From contig JAPKZR010000288.1 of assembly GCA_026393695.1 (NCBI GenBank), forward strand, positions 1 through 43,158: 43,158 nt of DNA. The letters are read 5' to 3'. Positions 33,823 to 43,083 of the stretch are shown piece by piece. A program made the translations under genes and the position numbers. Each line of letters begins with the position of its first letter. Within the stretch, counting starts at the first letter, position 1. The notes under the pieces are model-generated. The model had not been told where the DNA came from. It saw nothing but the letters and a program-made list of their open reading frames with translations, and did no database searches. This stretch comes from Actinomycetota bacterium. Its GTDB lineage: Bacteria; Actinomycetota; Acidimicrobiia; Acidimicrobiales; Ilumatobacteraceae.

Positions 33823-34269
33823 TTACGGCTTGGGTGCGGCCACCTGCTGGCCGTGCTTGGCAGCTAGTTCTACGAAATGCGAGCGATCGGGGTTCTCCCA
33901 CGAGGATGCGCTGTCGAAGTCGGTGTACATCCGCGACGCGTTGCCCTGCGATGTCATCGACAAAATCTCGGCTCCGCCGGCGCCGAACTTGTACCAGTGC
34001 GTTGAGCCGCCGGGAATATGCACGAAGGTTCCAGCCGACGCAACGGTTTCGATGTCATTGATGGCGCATGTGATCTCGCCGCTGATGACATAGAACGATT
34101 CGTCCCACGGGTGTTGATGCGGGCCGGGTCCCTTGCCGTCGGCGCCAGCCTGCAGAAACACTTCGTAGCCGTTGGTCTGTGCGTCGGATGCGAGGACGGT
34201 GATATCGAAGCCCGCGATGTTGAGCGCGCGTGGCCGTTGATCTGGCGTGAGGACGATTGGCTCTGACAT
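33823..34269 (-). CDS. Cupin-domain protein
   Basis: GPGPHQHPWDESFYVISGE...GTFVHIPGGSTH matches cupin motifs 1 and 2. Start is ATG 34269, or alternatively 34281. The track start at 34335 is less likely. Confidence 0.8.
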   Translation of the reverse strand: MSEPIVLTPDQRPRALNIAGFDITVLASDAQTNGYEVFLQAGADGKGPGPHQHPWDESFYVISGEITCAINDIETVASAGTFVHIPGGSTHWYKFGAGGAEILSMTSQGNASRMYTDFDSASSWENPDRSHFVELAAKHGQQVAAPKP

Positions 34270-34428
34270 GGCATCTCGCATCTGTTGGGTTGGCGCATGG
34301 TAGAGGCACCAACCTTTCGGCTGCAACCAGTTCACGATCAGCGATCAGCGATCAGCGATGAGTGGTCGGGTGCCCTCGGTGCGTTAGGGTCGGGCGCACT
34401 TCAGCAGCGTTTCTCAAGGGGCTATGCA

Positions 34429-34938
34429 ATGACCAAGTTTTCAGTTTTCTCTACCTTTCCGCAACGAGCAGTTTCGGCGATCGCCGCAGTCGTGCTGGTT
34501 GGCACGCTTGCTGGCTGCTCAAGCAGCGGCACCGTTGTCACCGTGACCCATCCTGAGGTGCCAACCCCAACGCTGATCGATCTTGGTGACACCGGATCTT
34601 CCGTGGGCGATCAGCGCATCTTCCACTTCGATGGCAAGACCGCTGACGGAGCTGTTGTGCGCACCGACTGGATTATGACCACCACCGGCGTTGACGTGAC
34701 AGCCAAAGATGTGCAGGCGCGAATGATGAACGCAGCGTTCACCTTCGACACAACCGGCGACCAGTTGCTCCTTGAAGGCATGGGCCTGTACCCAGGGAAG
34801 GGCGCGACATTGAAGGTGTCGTCGTCGACAATCCGCTCGATTGTTGGCGGTTCCGGCAAGTACGCAGGCGCCACTGGTTGGGTCGAGTCAGTGCATAACG
34901 CCGACGGCAGCTGGAAGCACGTCTTCCACATCGACTGA
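34429..34938 (+). CDS. Lipoprotein, dirigent/allene-oxide-cyclase-like beta-barrel
   Basis: MTKFSVFSTFPQRAVSAIAAVVLVGTLAGC carries a lipobox. ...GGSGKYAGATGWVE... is typical of this barrel family. Confidence 0.65.
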   Translation: MTKFSVFSTFPQRAVSAIAAVVLVGTLAGCSSSGTVVTVTHPEVPTPTLIDLGDTGSSVGDQRIFHFDGKTADGAVVRTDWIMTTTGVDVTAKDVQARMMNAAFTFDTTGDQLLLEGMGLYPGKGATLKVSSSTIRSIVGGSGKYAGATGWVESVHNADGSWKHVFHID

Positions 34939-34975
34939 TCGTGGTGATCGCTCTGCCATGTTCACTCTGGCATGT

Positions 34976-35692
34976 TCACTCTGGCAGAGCGACAATTGCC
35001 TCGTGCTCAAGCGTGGCGACCAGCACACCTTCGACACTGATCTGAACATCGAGCACGGCACGCTCGCCGTGCGACTCGAAACGACGCACCACCACGGCGC
35101 TTACGTCGGCGATGGCGCCGGCGCGGGCAAGCGCGTGGTGCCGCACGATGCTGCGCGTATGAATCCAACTGCCGCGCGCCACTGAGGTGTGCACCACATG
35201 ATTGGCGAGCGCTGGCCACACGGCCGGATGCACGATGCCGTGCTGAGCAAAGAGTGCGAAGTCGTCGCCTGCGCGTGAGCCGTAGTCGGAGCCCCATTCG
35301 CCAGCAAGGGGAATGTGTTTATCGGCCAACGCTTCGCCGGGTCGCATTGCAACTGGGTCGGCGCTGCTCCGTACAACCTGAAACACGGCGCGTGGTTGCT
35401 CAGGTTCGTTGGTGAGCGCGTGAATGGACAACTCGTTGTCGTCGACGATGGGCGCGCAACGCAGGTGGTCATGCGCAAACACCGGACGGCGAAATCGAAC
35501 CTCGCCGCCGCCGCTTCGAACCCAGTCGAGTCCCCACGCAGCAACCACCGGATGAGTGAGGTACGCGTAGGTGGTAACCCCCGCCACGAGAGCGCGTGCG
35601 AAGCCAGCGGCCTGAGCGCCTTCGTCGGTGTGGATGGGATTGCGCGCGTGTTCGGGCAGGTTCTGCGCGATCACCGACCACTCAACGGGCAT
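34976..35692 (-). CDS. MaoC-like / hotdog-fold dehydratase-type protein
   Basis: NPIHTDEGAQAAGFARALVAGV is the MaoC motif. Start is given at ATG 35692. An in-frame TTG at 35701 has better spacing to GAAGGAGA. The track start at 35788 reads through repeat copy 5 and is rejected. Confidence 0.78.
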   Translation of the reverse strand: MPVEWSVIAQNLPEHARNPIHTDEGAQAAGFARALVAGVTTYAYLTHPVVAAWGLDWVRSGGGEVRFRRPVFAHDHLRCAPIVDDNELSIHALTNEPEQPRAVFQVVRSSADPVAMRPGEALADKHIPLAGEWGSDYGSRAGDDFALFAQHGIVHPAVWPALANHVVHTSVARGSWIHTRSIVRHHALARAGAIADVSAVVVRRFESHGERAVLDVQISVEGVLVATLEHEAIVALPE

Positions 35693-35753
35693 GTCGCTCA
35701 AAACAATGTCTCCTTCACGAGTCGATTGGGCTGGAGTTGGCATCCGCCAAGCT

Positions 35754-35802
35754 CGCATGGGCGCGATTTGGGACAACTGCTGTCCCAAACCGCGCCCAAG
35801 CA
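35754..35802. repeat. 49-bp palindromic intergenic repeat, copy 5
   Basis: CGCATGGGCGCGATTTGGGACA-ACTGC-TGTCCCAAACCGCGCCCAAGCA, which is degenerate at both ends. It is followed by GACAAAAACGGGGGCTG (A-tract plus G-rich). It lies between the mgsA stop and the MaoC-like gene start. Confidence 0.93.
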
Positions 35803-35826
35803 GACAAAAACGGGGGCTGATGGTGG

Positions 35827-36261
35827 TCAGTCGATGTGCGCGAAGGGCGAATACGTTTCACCCATGAGCGGACTCGACAGCAAGAAGTCGGCGGTCGAGC
35901 GGTTGCACGCCATCGGGGTGTTGTACACAACGGCGATGCGCAGCAGTGCCTTTACGTCGACATCGTGTGGCTGGGGCTCAAGCGGATCCCAGAAGAAGAT
36001 CACAAGATCAAGCTGGCCCGTTGCGATCGCTGCGCCGATTTGCTGATCTCCGCCAAGGGGTCCGCTGAGGTAGCGGTGGATGGGCAGCCCGAGGTTGTCG
36101 GCCAGCAACTTGCCGGTGGATCCTGTGGCCGACAGGTCGTGGCGCGAGAGCGTGCCCACATTGAACGTGGCCCAGTTGAGCATGTCCTTCTTGCGGTTGT
36201 CGTGAGCAATCATTACAACGCGCTTACGGGCCTTCATCGGTTCTCGCACGGGTTGATCCAT
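35827..36261 (-). CDS. mgsA: Methylglyoxal synthase
   Basis: VVMIAHDNRKKDML...ATGSTG...GPLGGDQQIGA...FFWDPL..QPHDVDVKALLR are MgsA signatures. Start is ATG 36261, or alternatively 36237. Confidence 0.92.
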   Translation of the reverse strand: MDQPVREPMKARKRVVMIAHDNRKKDMLNWATFNVGTLSRHDLSATGSTGKLLADNLGLPIHRYLSGPLGGDQQIGAAIATGQLDLVIFFWDPLEPQPHDVDVKALLRIAVVYNTPMACNRSTADFLLSSPLMGETYSPFAHID

Positions 36262-36290
36262 GCCCCGAGCGTAGGTGAGAGGCGTAACGC

Positions 36291-37469
36291 TTACGCGGGA
36301 ATGACGTTGACGGTGCAGGTGGCGAGACCGCGCATGGTGTTGTTGAGCGCCATAGAGCTCTCGACGAGATCGAAGCGTGCCACCTTTGGTAGCAACGAGT
36401 TCAGCAGCGAGCGCATCTCCATTCGAGCGAGGTGCGCTCCTGGACACACATGTCGACCATGGCCAAGGCCGAGGTGGTCGCCGGCGTTGGCGCGCTGAAT
36501 GTCGAACACCGTTGGGTCGGCGAACTGACGCTCGTCGCGGTTGGCTGCGGCGTAGAGCATCAGCACCCGAGCGCCTGCTGGCAGCATGATGCCATCGACA
36601 TCGACGCTTTCGGTGGTGCACCGTGAGAATCCCTGCACGGGTGACTCGAGCCGCAGCACCTCGTCGATTGCGTTGGGGATGAGTTCTGGTTCACGACGCA
36701 GCAGGTTCCACTGCTCGGGGTTTTGCGAGAACAGCCAAATCATGTTTGACGTTGCGTTGATCGTGGTGTCGAGCGACGGGCCGGTGTAGTTATGCAATTG
36801 CATCGCTGGTTCGCTTGGGTCCATGTCGCCGCGGTCGACTGCGTCCCACAATGCTTCGGCCCAACCGCCTGGCTTCACGGCATCGCGGGTGCACTTGGTA
36901 GAGACGAACTCGTTCATCTCGATGATGTTGCCAATCGAGTCGAGGCCACGCTGGTTGAGCGGCCCGATGGAGTTGAACACGGCCGAGGCCCACGGCAGCA
37001 TGCGCTCGCGTCCGGCCTCTGGCAGACCAACGAGCTCGGACACGATGGTCACCGGCAGGTGTTGAGCGAACTCAGACACGGCATCGAACGTGCGCTGCGC
37101 AACGAGTCGATCGACCAGCGCAGCGGCTTCGGTTTCGATGAGCGGGCGCACATTGTCGAGGGCCTTGGTCATCAGCGGAGCGCCCACAACCGCGCGAAGC
37201 TTGCTGTGGCGTTCGCCGTCGGTGCACAACATGAGTTGGTTGCTCGCCGCTGCGTTCATTGGGTCGTTCATCATCACGCCGTTGCCCGAGCCGAAGACCC
37301 GCCAGTTGCGAAGCGCATCGCGACATGCCGTGTAGCGGGGGAGCACGAACGCGTTGTGCGGCTCCATCCACACTGCCGACCCGAGCCAGCGCAACTCCTC
37401 GTAGATCGGATACGGATTCGACAATGACTCGTCGGAGTAGATGTCGTAGGTAATCGAGGGCGCAGTCAT
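36291..37469 (-). CDS. Cytochrome P450
   Basis: EXXR (EVLRLESP) and heme loop LGLGHGRHVCPGAHLA. ATG 37469 (MTAPSITYD). The track start at 37478 is a TTG. Confidence 0.9.
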   Translation of the reverse strand: MTAPSITYDIYSDESLSNPYPIYEELRWLGSAVWMEPHNAFVLPRYTACRDALRNWRVFGSGNGVMMNDPMNAAASNQLMLCTDGERHSKLRAVVGAPLMTKALDNVRPLIETEAAALVDRLVAQRTFDAVSEFAQHLPVTIVSELVGLPEAGRERMLPWASAVFNSIGPLNQRGLDSIGNIIEMNEFVSTKCTRDAVKPGGWAEALWDAVDRGDMDPSEPAMQLHNYTGPSLDTTINATSNMIWLFSQNPEQWNLLRREPELIPNAIDEVLRLESPVQGFSRCTTESVDVDGIMLPAGARVLMLYAAANRDERQFADPTVFDIQRANAGDHLGLGHGRHVCPGAHLARMEMRSLLNSLLPKVARFDLVESSMALNNTMRGLATCTVNVIPA

Positions 37470-37535
37470 GACGTGCAAACACTTGCCGATGGAGCGCGGC
37501 TTGGCAAGACACTCCCTGTGGTCTGACTCTGGGTA

Positions 37536-39536
37536 ATGATCGTGCGCATGGATAGCGACTCATCTCGTTTCGCCGACGCACCAGCCGGGTTCGCTCCGTT
37601 CGCATCACGGGTGGACCCACGCGATGTGAAGGCCGGCAGCGTGGTGTCGGATCGCAACGGTTATTACGACAGCCAAAACATTGTGGCGGTGTACGACAAA
37701 GAGCTCGGTGCAGCCGTGTTGTCGGTGGTGCTGCATCACTCCGAAAATCGCGAGGGTGGACCCGGACTGCAGCTGTTCGGAACACGAAGCGCGGACAATG
37801 GGAAGACATGGTCACCGCTGGTGCCGATTGATTCGCCCGACCGGCAATCGCACGATGGGTATCAGTTGTTGCATCGAATGGCCGATGGCAGCGAGCGCCT
37901 CTTCGTGTTCTACGGATGGAACCACGGCTCGCAATATCCGCCGGGCGCCGAGGCCACCGAGGCCAGCGACTCCCTGACCCCACTGCGGCGCACCGATATG
38001 CAGCTCGATGAGGGCTACTGGTTTCGGGTTTCCGATGACGCTGGCCGCACGTGGGGTTCGCAGCGTTACCTCGTACCGGTGCGGCGCACGCGCATCGATC
38101 GCGACAATCCATGGGGCGGCGAGACGATGGGCATGTTCTTGTGTGACAAGCCATCGGTCATCGACGGCGCTGTCTACATGGCGTTCCAAAAGACGCGTGA
38201 CGGCGCCGGAGAGACCCCCGGCTCCGAGGTCTTCTTCTTGCGTAGCTCGAATCTGCTGCACGTGAGCGACCTCAACGACGCGGTGTGGGAGACGTTACCG
38301 ATCGGCGATGTTGGCTTGCAGGCGCCGGGTGGCCAGCTATGCCTTGGCGAAGAGCCGCACGTGTTGGCCGTGAACGATCGGTTGCCCGCACGACTGTTTT
38401 CGCTGTGGCGCGCAGAGACGGGCCAGCTTGCGGCGGCGTACTCGAACGATGCGGGACGGTCGTGGGGTGATCCGTTTTGGCTCACCTATGAAGGGCTGCC
38501 ACTGGGCGAAGGCGGACACCACCTCATCAAGAATCCGCGAGGCTCGATCACGCCGTATCGGTTGCGCGCCGCACCGGACTCCGATTCCGGAGTCGCTGAG
38601 TTCGTGATGCTCTTCTACAACAACGGCCGCACTGACCGACTCGGATACACCGGCCGTCGCGTCTATTGGATCACCGTGGGGCGCAGTGGCGACGATGGAG
38701 TCATCACGTGGAGCCAGCCCGAGATTGCCCTGTATTGGGACGGCCAAGGCTTCGAGGAGCGGCCCGATTGGAACGCTGATTGGGCCATCGTCGACGGCCC
38801 CGGCTATCCCGACTGGGTTGAGTTGCCCGACGGAACGCTGGCCTATGTCGAGTCGAACAAATTGGCCGTGCGCTATCACGAGGTTGAACCGCGGCTACTG
38901 CAGTACCTGCGCGCTCAACACACTTTGTCGCTTGTTCCCAGCGAAGGCAAGGTCGTCGACTGGTCAGCTCACAATGCGGGCAACGCGGGTAACGCTGCAC
39001 CGCGCGGCGCGGTGTTGCCCGATCTGCGCAGCGGCGGTGGATTCACGATCACCGTTCGCTTGAGCGGCCAGCTTCGCTCGGCGCTCGACCACCGGGTGCT
39101 GCTGTCGGCGTTCTCGAACGTGACCGCTGCGTTGGGCGAGGAGCCCACGAGCAAGCGGACGACCAAGGGGTATGAGGTGTCGGTTACTGATGACGGCGAG
39201 ATCGAGTTGTTCATCACTGATGGCTTCGGCGCGCAGATGCGTCACGCCACTTGCGTGGCAGTCGCCTCGCGAATTTGGGATGGCGACGACCACACGGTGA
39301 GCTTCATTGTTGACGGCGGTCCCAAGGTGGTCAGCGTGGTGCTTGACGAACGGCTCGATGATGGGGGAGCGCAGCCCCAGGGTTGGGCGTTTCATTCGCG
39401 TGAGCTCGGTGAAATCAGTGGATCCGAACTGTTGGTGGCGCCCGATTTCGGCGGCGAACTGTTGCGGGTGTTGGTCTACGACCGACCGTTATTGACCACC
39501 GAAGCAATCGTGCTGGCTCGATCCCTACGGACTTGA
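37536..39536 (+). CDS. BNR/Asp-box repeat (sialidase-like beta-propeller) protein with C-terminal concanavalin/LamG-like domain
   Basis: Asp-boxes SADNGKTW, SDDAGRTW and SNDAGRSW. No signal peptide is visible. The C-terminal ~200 aa are beta-rich, and the LamG-like call is tentative. Confidence 0.75.
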   Translation: MIVRMDSDSSRFADAPAGFAPFASRVDPRDVKAGSVVSDRNGYYDSQNIVAVYDKELGAAVLSVVLHHSENREGGPGLQLFGTRSADNGKTWSPLVPIDSPDRQSHDGYQLLHRMADGSERLFVFYGWNHGSQYPPGAEATEASDSLTPLRRTDMQLDEGYWFRVSDDAGRTWGSQRYLVPVRRTRIDRDNPWGGETMGMFLCDKPSVIDGAVYMAFQKTRDGAGETPGSEVFFLRSSNLLHVSDLNDAVWETLPIGDVGLQAPGGQLCLGEEPHVLAVNDRLPARLFSLWRAETGQLAAAYSNDAGRSWGDPFWLTYEGLPLGEGGHHLIKNPRGSITPYRLRAAPDSDSGVAEFVMLFYNNGRTDRLGYTGRRVYWITVGRSGDDGVITWSQPEIALYWDGQGFEERPDWNADWAIVDGPGYPDWVELPDGTLAYVESNKLAVRYHEVEPRLLQYLRAQHTLSLVPSEGKVVDWSAHNAGNAGNAAPRGAVLPDLRSGGGFTITVRLSGQLRSALDHRVLLSAFSNVTAALGEEPTSKRTTKGYEVSVTDDGEIELFITDGFGAQMRHATCVAVASRIWDGDDHTVSFIVDGGPKVVSVVLDERLDDGGAQPQGWAFHSRELGEISGSELLVAPDFGGELLRVLVYDRPLLTTEAIVLARSLRT

Positions 39537-39629
39537 GTCGCTCCCGGCCGCACAGCCCGCTGCGTTCACAACGTTGCGATTCGACCTCTGGCTGGAAGTT
39601 GGCGGCCTGCTATCGGCAAGAATGGCGGG

Positions 39630-41342
39630 GTGATCCACCATTACCTCACCGCCCGCGCCGAACTCGATGCTGCCGGCTCTCCGTTTGCTACCACCACCAT
39701 TGATATCCGCGGGGTCCCGTCGAAGGCGTTTGTCTCTGCCCCGCCAACGATGCGCGCGCTGTGGGAAGCCACTGCTGGTTATGCCGAGAAGGACTACCTG
39801 GTCTACGAAGACGAGCGCTACACCTACGGGGAGATCCAGAGTCAGGTGCGCAAGCTGGCCGCGCACTTGCTGGCCAACGGCGTAGAGCCCGGCACGCGCG
39901 TTGCCATCGCGATGCGCAACTATCCCGAGTGGATCGTGGGCTACTGGGCCACTGTGTCCATTGGCGCTGCGGTTGTGGGCATGAACGCATGGTGGACTCC
40001 ACCAGAGATGGAATACGCGCTCAACGACAGCGAGCCGCGTGCGTTGATTGTCGACGACGAGCGCCTCGAGCGCTTGCTGCACATGCCAAGCCAGCGCGAT
40101 ATGCACATCGTTGCGGTGCGCACCGATCGGGCCATCCCCACGAGTGGCTCACGTTGGGTCGATGTGATGGCCGCGGCCGATCCGGGCTCCCTTCCCGATG
40201 TCGACATCGATTCCGACGACGACGCCACCATCTTCTACACCTCGGGCACCACCGGTTTCCCCAAGGGCGCGCAACTCACGAACCGTGGCTCGGTCGCAAA
40301 CATTTTGAACATCGCAGCGATGAGCACTGCCGTCGCGATGTCCGAGCAAAAGGCCATTGCCGCTGGCGACGTGCCCGCTCCGCCACCCGGTCCACCGGCA
40401 TTGCCGCCATCGATGATGGCTCCAACACCGCTGTTCCACGTGACCGCTTGCAACTGCATCGTGCACCCAGCGACGCTGTCGGGCGCCAAGGTTGTGCTCA
40501 TGTACAAGTGGGATCCAGGCCGCGCTCTCGAACTCATCGAGCGTGAGAAGGTCACCAACTTCTCGGGTGTTCCCACGATGAGTCGCGAGATGCTGATGCA
40601 CCCCGATTGGGCAACGCGTGACACATCGTCGTTGGCCGGTCTGGGTGGTGGCGGCGCCGCATTGCAGCCCGACCTCGTGCACAAGATCGCCGGAGCGCTC
40701 AAGCACGGTCAGCCATCCACCGGATACGGCATGACTGAGACTCACGGAATCATCACCGCCAACTCGGCGCGCTGGTTCGTGGCCAAGCCCGAGTCGTGCG
40801 GGCCAGCGGTGCCAACGCTCGAGACCAAGTTGGTTGACGAAGACGGCAACGATTTGCCTGCTGGCCCGAGCACCGTTGGCGTGCTGTGCGTGCGCGGTTG
40901 TGTCACCATCAAGGGCTACCTCAATCGGCCCGAAGCCACCGCCGACAGCATTGTCGATGGTTGGTTGAACACGGGCGACATCGCCCGCATCGACGACGAC
41001 GGCTTCATCTACATTGTCGACCGCGCCAAAGACATGGTTATCCGCGGTGGCGAGAACGTGTACTGCAGCGAGGTCGAGACGGCCATCTATCACCACGACG
41101 CCATTGCTGAAGCGTGCGTGTTCGGCATCCCCGAAGAGCGCTTGGGCGAAGAAGTTGCAGCGGTCATCGTGCTGCGCCCAGGTCACGCACTTTCGGCCGA
41201 CGAACTGCGTGAGTTCCTTGGCGCCAGCGTGGCCAAGCACAAGATCCCCACCAGAATCTGGTTCCGCGAAGAGCCGATTCCGCGCAATGCCAGCGGCAAG
41301 TTCCTCAAGCGTGAGCTCAAAAAAGAGCTCACCGGAGAGTAG
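39630..41342 (+). CDS. AMP-dependent acyl-CoA synthetase/ligase (class I adenylate-forming)
   Basis: IFYTSGTTGFPKGA (A3), TGYGMTETHG (A5), GWLNTGDIA (A7), and RAKDMVIRGGENV. GTG start. Confidence 0.92.
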   Translation: MIHHYLTARAELDAAGSPFATTTIDIRGVPSKAFVSAPPTMRALWEATAGYAEKDYLVYEDERYTYGEIQSQVRKLAAHLLANGVEPGTRVAIAMRNYPEWIVGYWATVSIGAAVVGMNAWWTPPEMEYALNDSEPRALIVDDERLERLLHMPSQRDMHIVAVRTDRAIPTSGSRWVDVMAAADPGSLPDVDIDSDDDATIFYTSGTTGFPKGAQLTNRGSVANILNIAAMSTAVAMSEQKAIAAGDVPAPPPGPPALPPSMMAPTPLFHVTACNCIVHPATLSGAKVVLMYKWDPGRALELIEREKVTNFSGVPTMSREMLMHPDWATRDTSSLAGLGGGGAALQPDLVHKIAGALKHGQPSTGYGMTETHGIITANSARWFVAKPESCGPAVPTLETKLVDEDGNDLPAGPSTVGVLCVRGCVTIKGYLNRPEATADSIVDGWLNTGDIARIDDDGFIYIVDRAKDMVIRGGENVYCSEVETAIYHHDAIAEACVFGIPEERLGEEVAAVIVLRPGHALSADELREFLGASVAKHKIPTRIWFREEPIPRNASGKFLKRELKKELTGE

Positions 41343-41354
41343 AAGTGGCGACGC

Positions 41355-41855
41355 TTAGATCGGGTCGCTGATCCGCTCGAGCGTGATGACGACTCCGCCC
41401 ATGTCGGGGCGGGTCCAGATCATGTGGCCATCGGCATCAAGACGTCGCGTCACTTCGATGCCTGGCATACCAACGGGCCGCAACACGAACACGCCGTCTT
41501 CGTACGACGCAACCACATGGATCGGTGTGGTGTAGTCGAAGACCGAAACATCGTGCACAGCGTTGGCCTCGGTGCCGTCGGCGCGGGCGTCGGCGATGGT
41601 GCCGCCGCCGCAATCGACAATGCGGTTGCCGCACTGCTCAATGCGCTCGCTGTAGCTCAGCAGGCGGTCGCCTTCGGGTACGGGTTGGTCGCCGCGCAGA
41701 GCACGCACGACCTTCCAGATGCCACGCAGATCGGGAGCTCCAGCCACCAATGGTTCGTTGCATCCAGCGAGGATCAGCGGTGGAAAGTTGGGGCCGTATC
41801 CGCCTGCGGGAGTATGGGCCACAGGGATGTCATCGGCAGCAAGTTCGATAGTCAC
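41355..41855 (-). CDS. Hypothetical protein
   Basis: Clean 166-aa ORF with ordinary composition. No family recognised. Confidence 0.55.
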   Translation of the reverse strand: MTIELAADDIPVAHTPAGGYGPNFPPLILAGCNEPLVAGAPDLRGIWKVVRALRGDQPVPEGDRLLSYSERIEQCGNRIVDCGGGTIADARADGTEANAVHDVSVFDYTTPIHVVASYEDGVFVLRPVGMPGIEVTRRLDADGHMIWTRPDMGGVVITLERISDPI

Positions 41856-41909
41856 GTCGTGACCCTACATGCGTGACCGTCGATGGCTGCAGTGGCCAAG
41901 CGGCGTGGC

Positions 41910-42890
41910 CTAACCCCGGTTCTTGCCCGACTTGCCGGATGCGCCGCCGTGATCGTCGATGCCGTCGCCGTTGGAGTCGTCGTCAGTTGAGTTCGACTTG
42001 CCATCGCCGTCGACATCGTCGTCAGATGAGTTCGACTTGCCATCGCCGTCGATGTCATCATCGACTGAGTTTGACCGACCGTCACCGTCGGCATCGGTGT
42101 CTACAGCGTCGAGGATGCCATCGCCGTCGATGTCCTTCTCGGCGACTGCGCCATTGGAGAGTTCGTCACCGTCGACGTCGTTGTCGGAGCCGTTGCTTGA
42201 TCCGTCGCCGTCTACGTCTGAGTCGTTGCCGTTGCTTGATCCGTCGCCGTCAGCGTCGCTATCGATGCCATCGCGGATGCCGTCGCCGTCGATGTCCTTC
42301 TCGTTCGATGCGCCGTTTGGCAGGGCATCGCCGTCTACGTCTGAGTCGCGGCCGTTGGTCTGGCCATCGCCGTCGACGTCGTCATCAAGGCCGTTCGAGC
42401 GGTGGTCGCCGTCTACGTCTGAGTCGCGGCCGTTGCGCACTCCGTCGCCGTCAACATCTGAGTCTTGGCTGTTGGAGAGGCCGTCGCCGTCGACGTCACG
42501 GTCGGAACCGTTTGCTGAGGAGTCGCCATCCATGTCGTTGTCCGAGGTGTCGGGGCTGCCGTCGCCGTCGATGTCTTTTTCGTTCTTGGAACCGTTCAGG
42601 TCGCCGTCGCCGTCGACATCGTGGTCGTTCACGTTCGGGATGCGATCGCCGTCTACGTCTGAGTCCGAGCCGTTACGAATGCCGTCACCGTCTACGTCTG
42701 GGTCGACCTTGTTCGCAATGCCATCGTGGTCGTTGTCGAGCTTCGACGATGAAGCCGATGCAACGCCTCCCTGGCTGGCGCCAACAAAGGCGATGGCCGG
42801 GGCGAGGGCGAAGAACGATGCAGCGCCAGCGCGAACCAAACGGCTACGAAGGCTCTTCTCGGCGTAACGACGCGAGGTAGATGGCAACAT
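41910..42890 (-). CDS. Secreted protein made of ~20 thrombospondin type-3-like Ca-binding repeats (DxDxDGxxDxxD)
   Basis: The N-terminal signal (TSRRYAEK...AGAASFFALAPAIAFVGA) is possibly Tat-like. It is followed by reiterated D.D.DGDG..N units such as SDVDGDG and EKDIDGDG. The plus-strand ORFs over the same DNA are repeat artefacts. Confidence 0.8.
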   Translation of the reverse strand: MLPSTSRRYAEKSLRSRLVRAGAASFFALAPAIAFVGASQGGVASASSSKLDNDHDGIANKVDPDVDGDGIRNGSDSDVDGDRIPNVNDHDVDGDGDLNGSKNEKDIDGDGSPDTSDNDMDGDSSANGSDRDVDGDGLSNSQDSDVDGDGVRNGRDSDVDGDHRSNGLDDDVDGDGQTNGRDSDVDGDALPNGASNEKDIDGDGIRDGIDSDADGDGSSNGNDSDVDGDGSSNGSDNDVDGDELSNGAVAEKDIDGDGILDAVDTDADGDGRSNSVDDDIDGDGKSNSSDDDVDGDGKSNSTDDDSNGDGIDDHGGASGKSGKNRG

Positions 42891-43083
42891 TTGGGGTCCC
42901 CCTGGACAAAGTGCAGCGCTGTTTCACGCATGCTGTAGACGAGCAACATCGCATGCACCTGCGGAGATGTCAATCGCTCTGAGGAGATTGGGCCAAAAGT
43001 CCACATGTGGAGCGACTCAAGACCTAGGACCAGCGCAACGGCACTTGCATCGCGCGCTCGCCGCTGACATCCGCTCGCCTCGT

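Noticed and set aside
37485-37515. Short inverted repeat CTTGCC-N15-GGCAAG between the P450 and BNR genes
   Set aside because: It has only a 6-bp stem with a long spacer, which is within chance expectation for GC-rich DNA.
37072-38154. 360-aa minus-strand ORF spanning the P450 start and the BNR gene
   Set aside because: It is an Arg/Pro/Cys-rich off-frame product that crosses a divergent intergenic region.
39525-41240. ORFs 39525..40106(-) and 40149..41240(-), antisense to the acyl-CoA ligase
   Set aside because: The ligase frame carries all the adenylation core motifs.
41873-42880. Plus-strand ORFs 41873..42880 and 41959..42867 over the Ca-repeat gene
   Set aside because: They are kept open only by the periodic repeat. 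Their products (poly-Arg/Cys or Ser/Pro) lack a signal and any motif logic, whereas the minus frame gives a signal peptide plus DxDxDG repeats.
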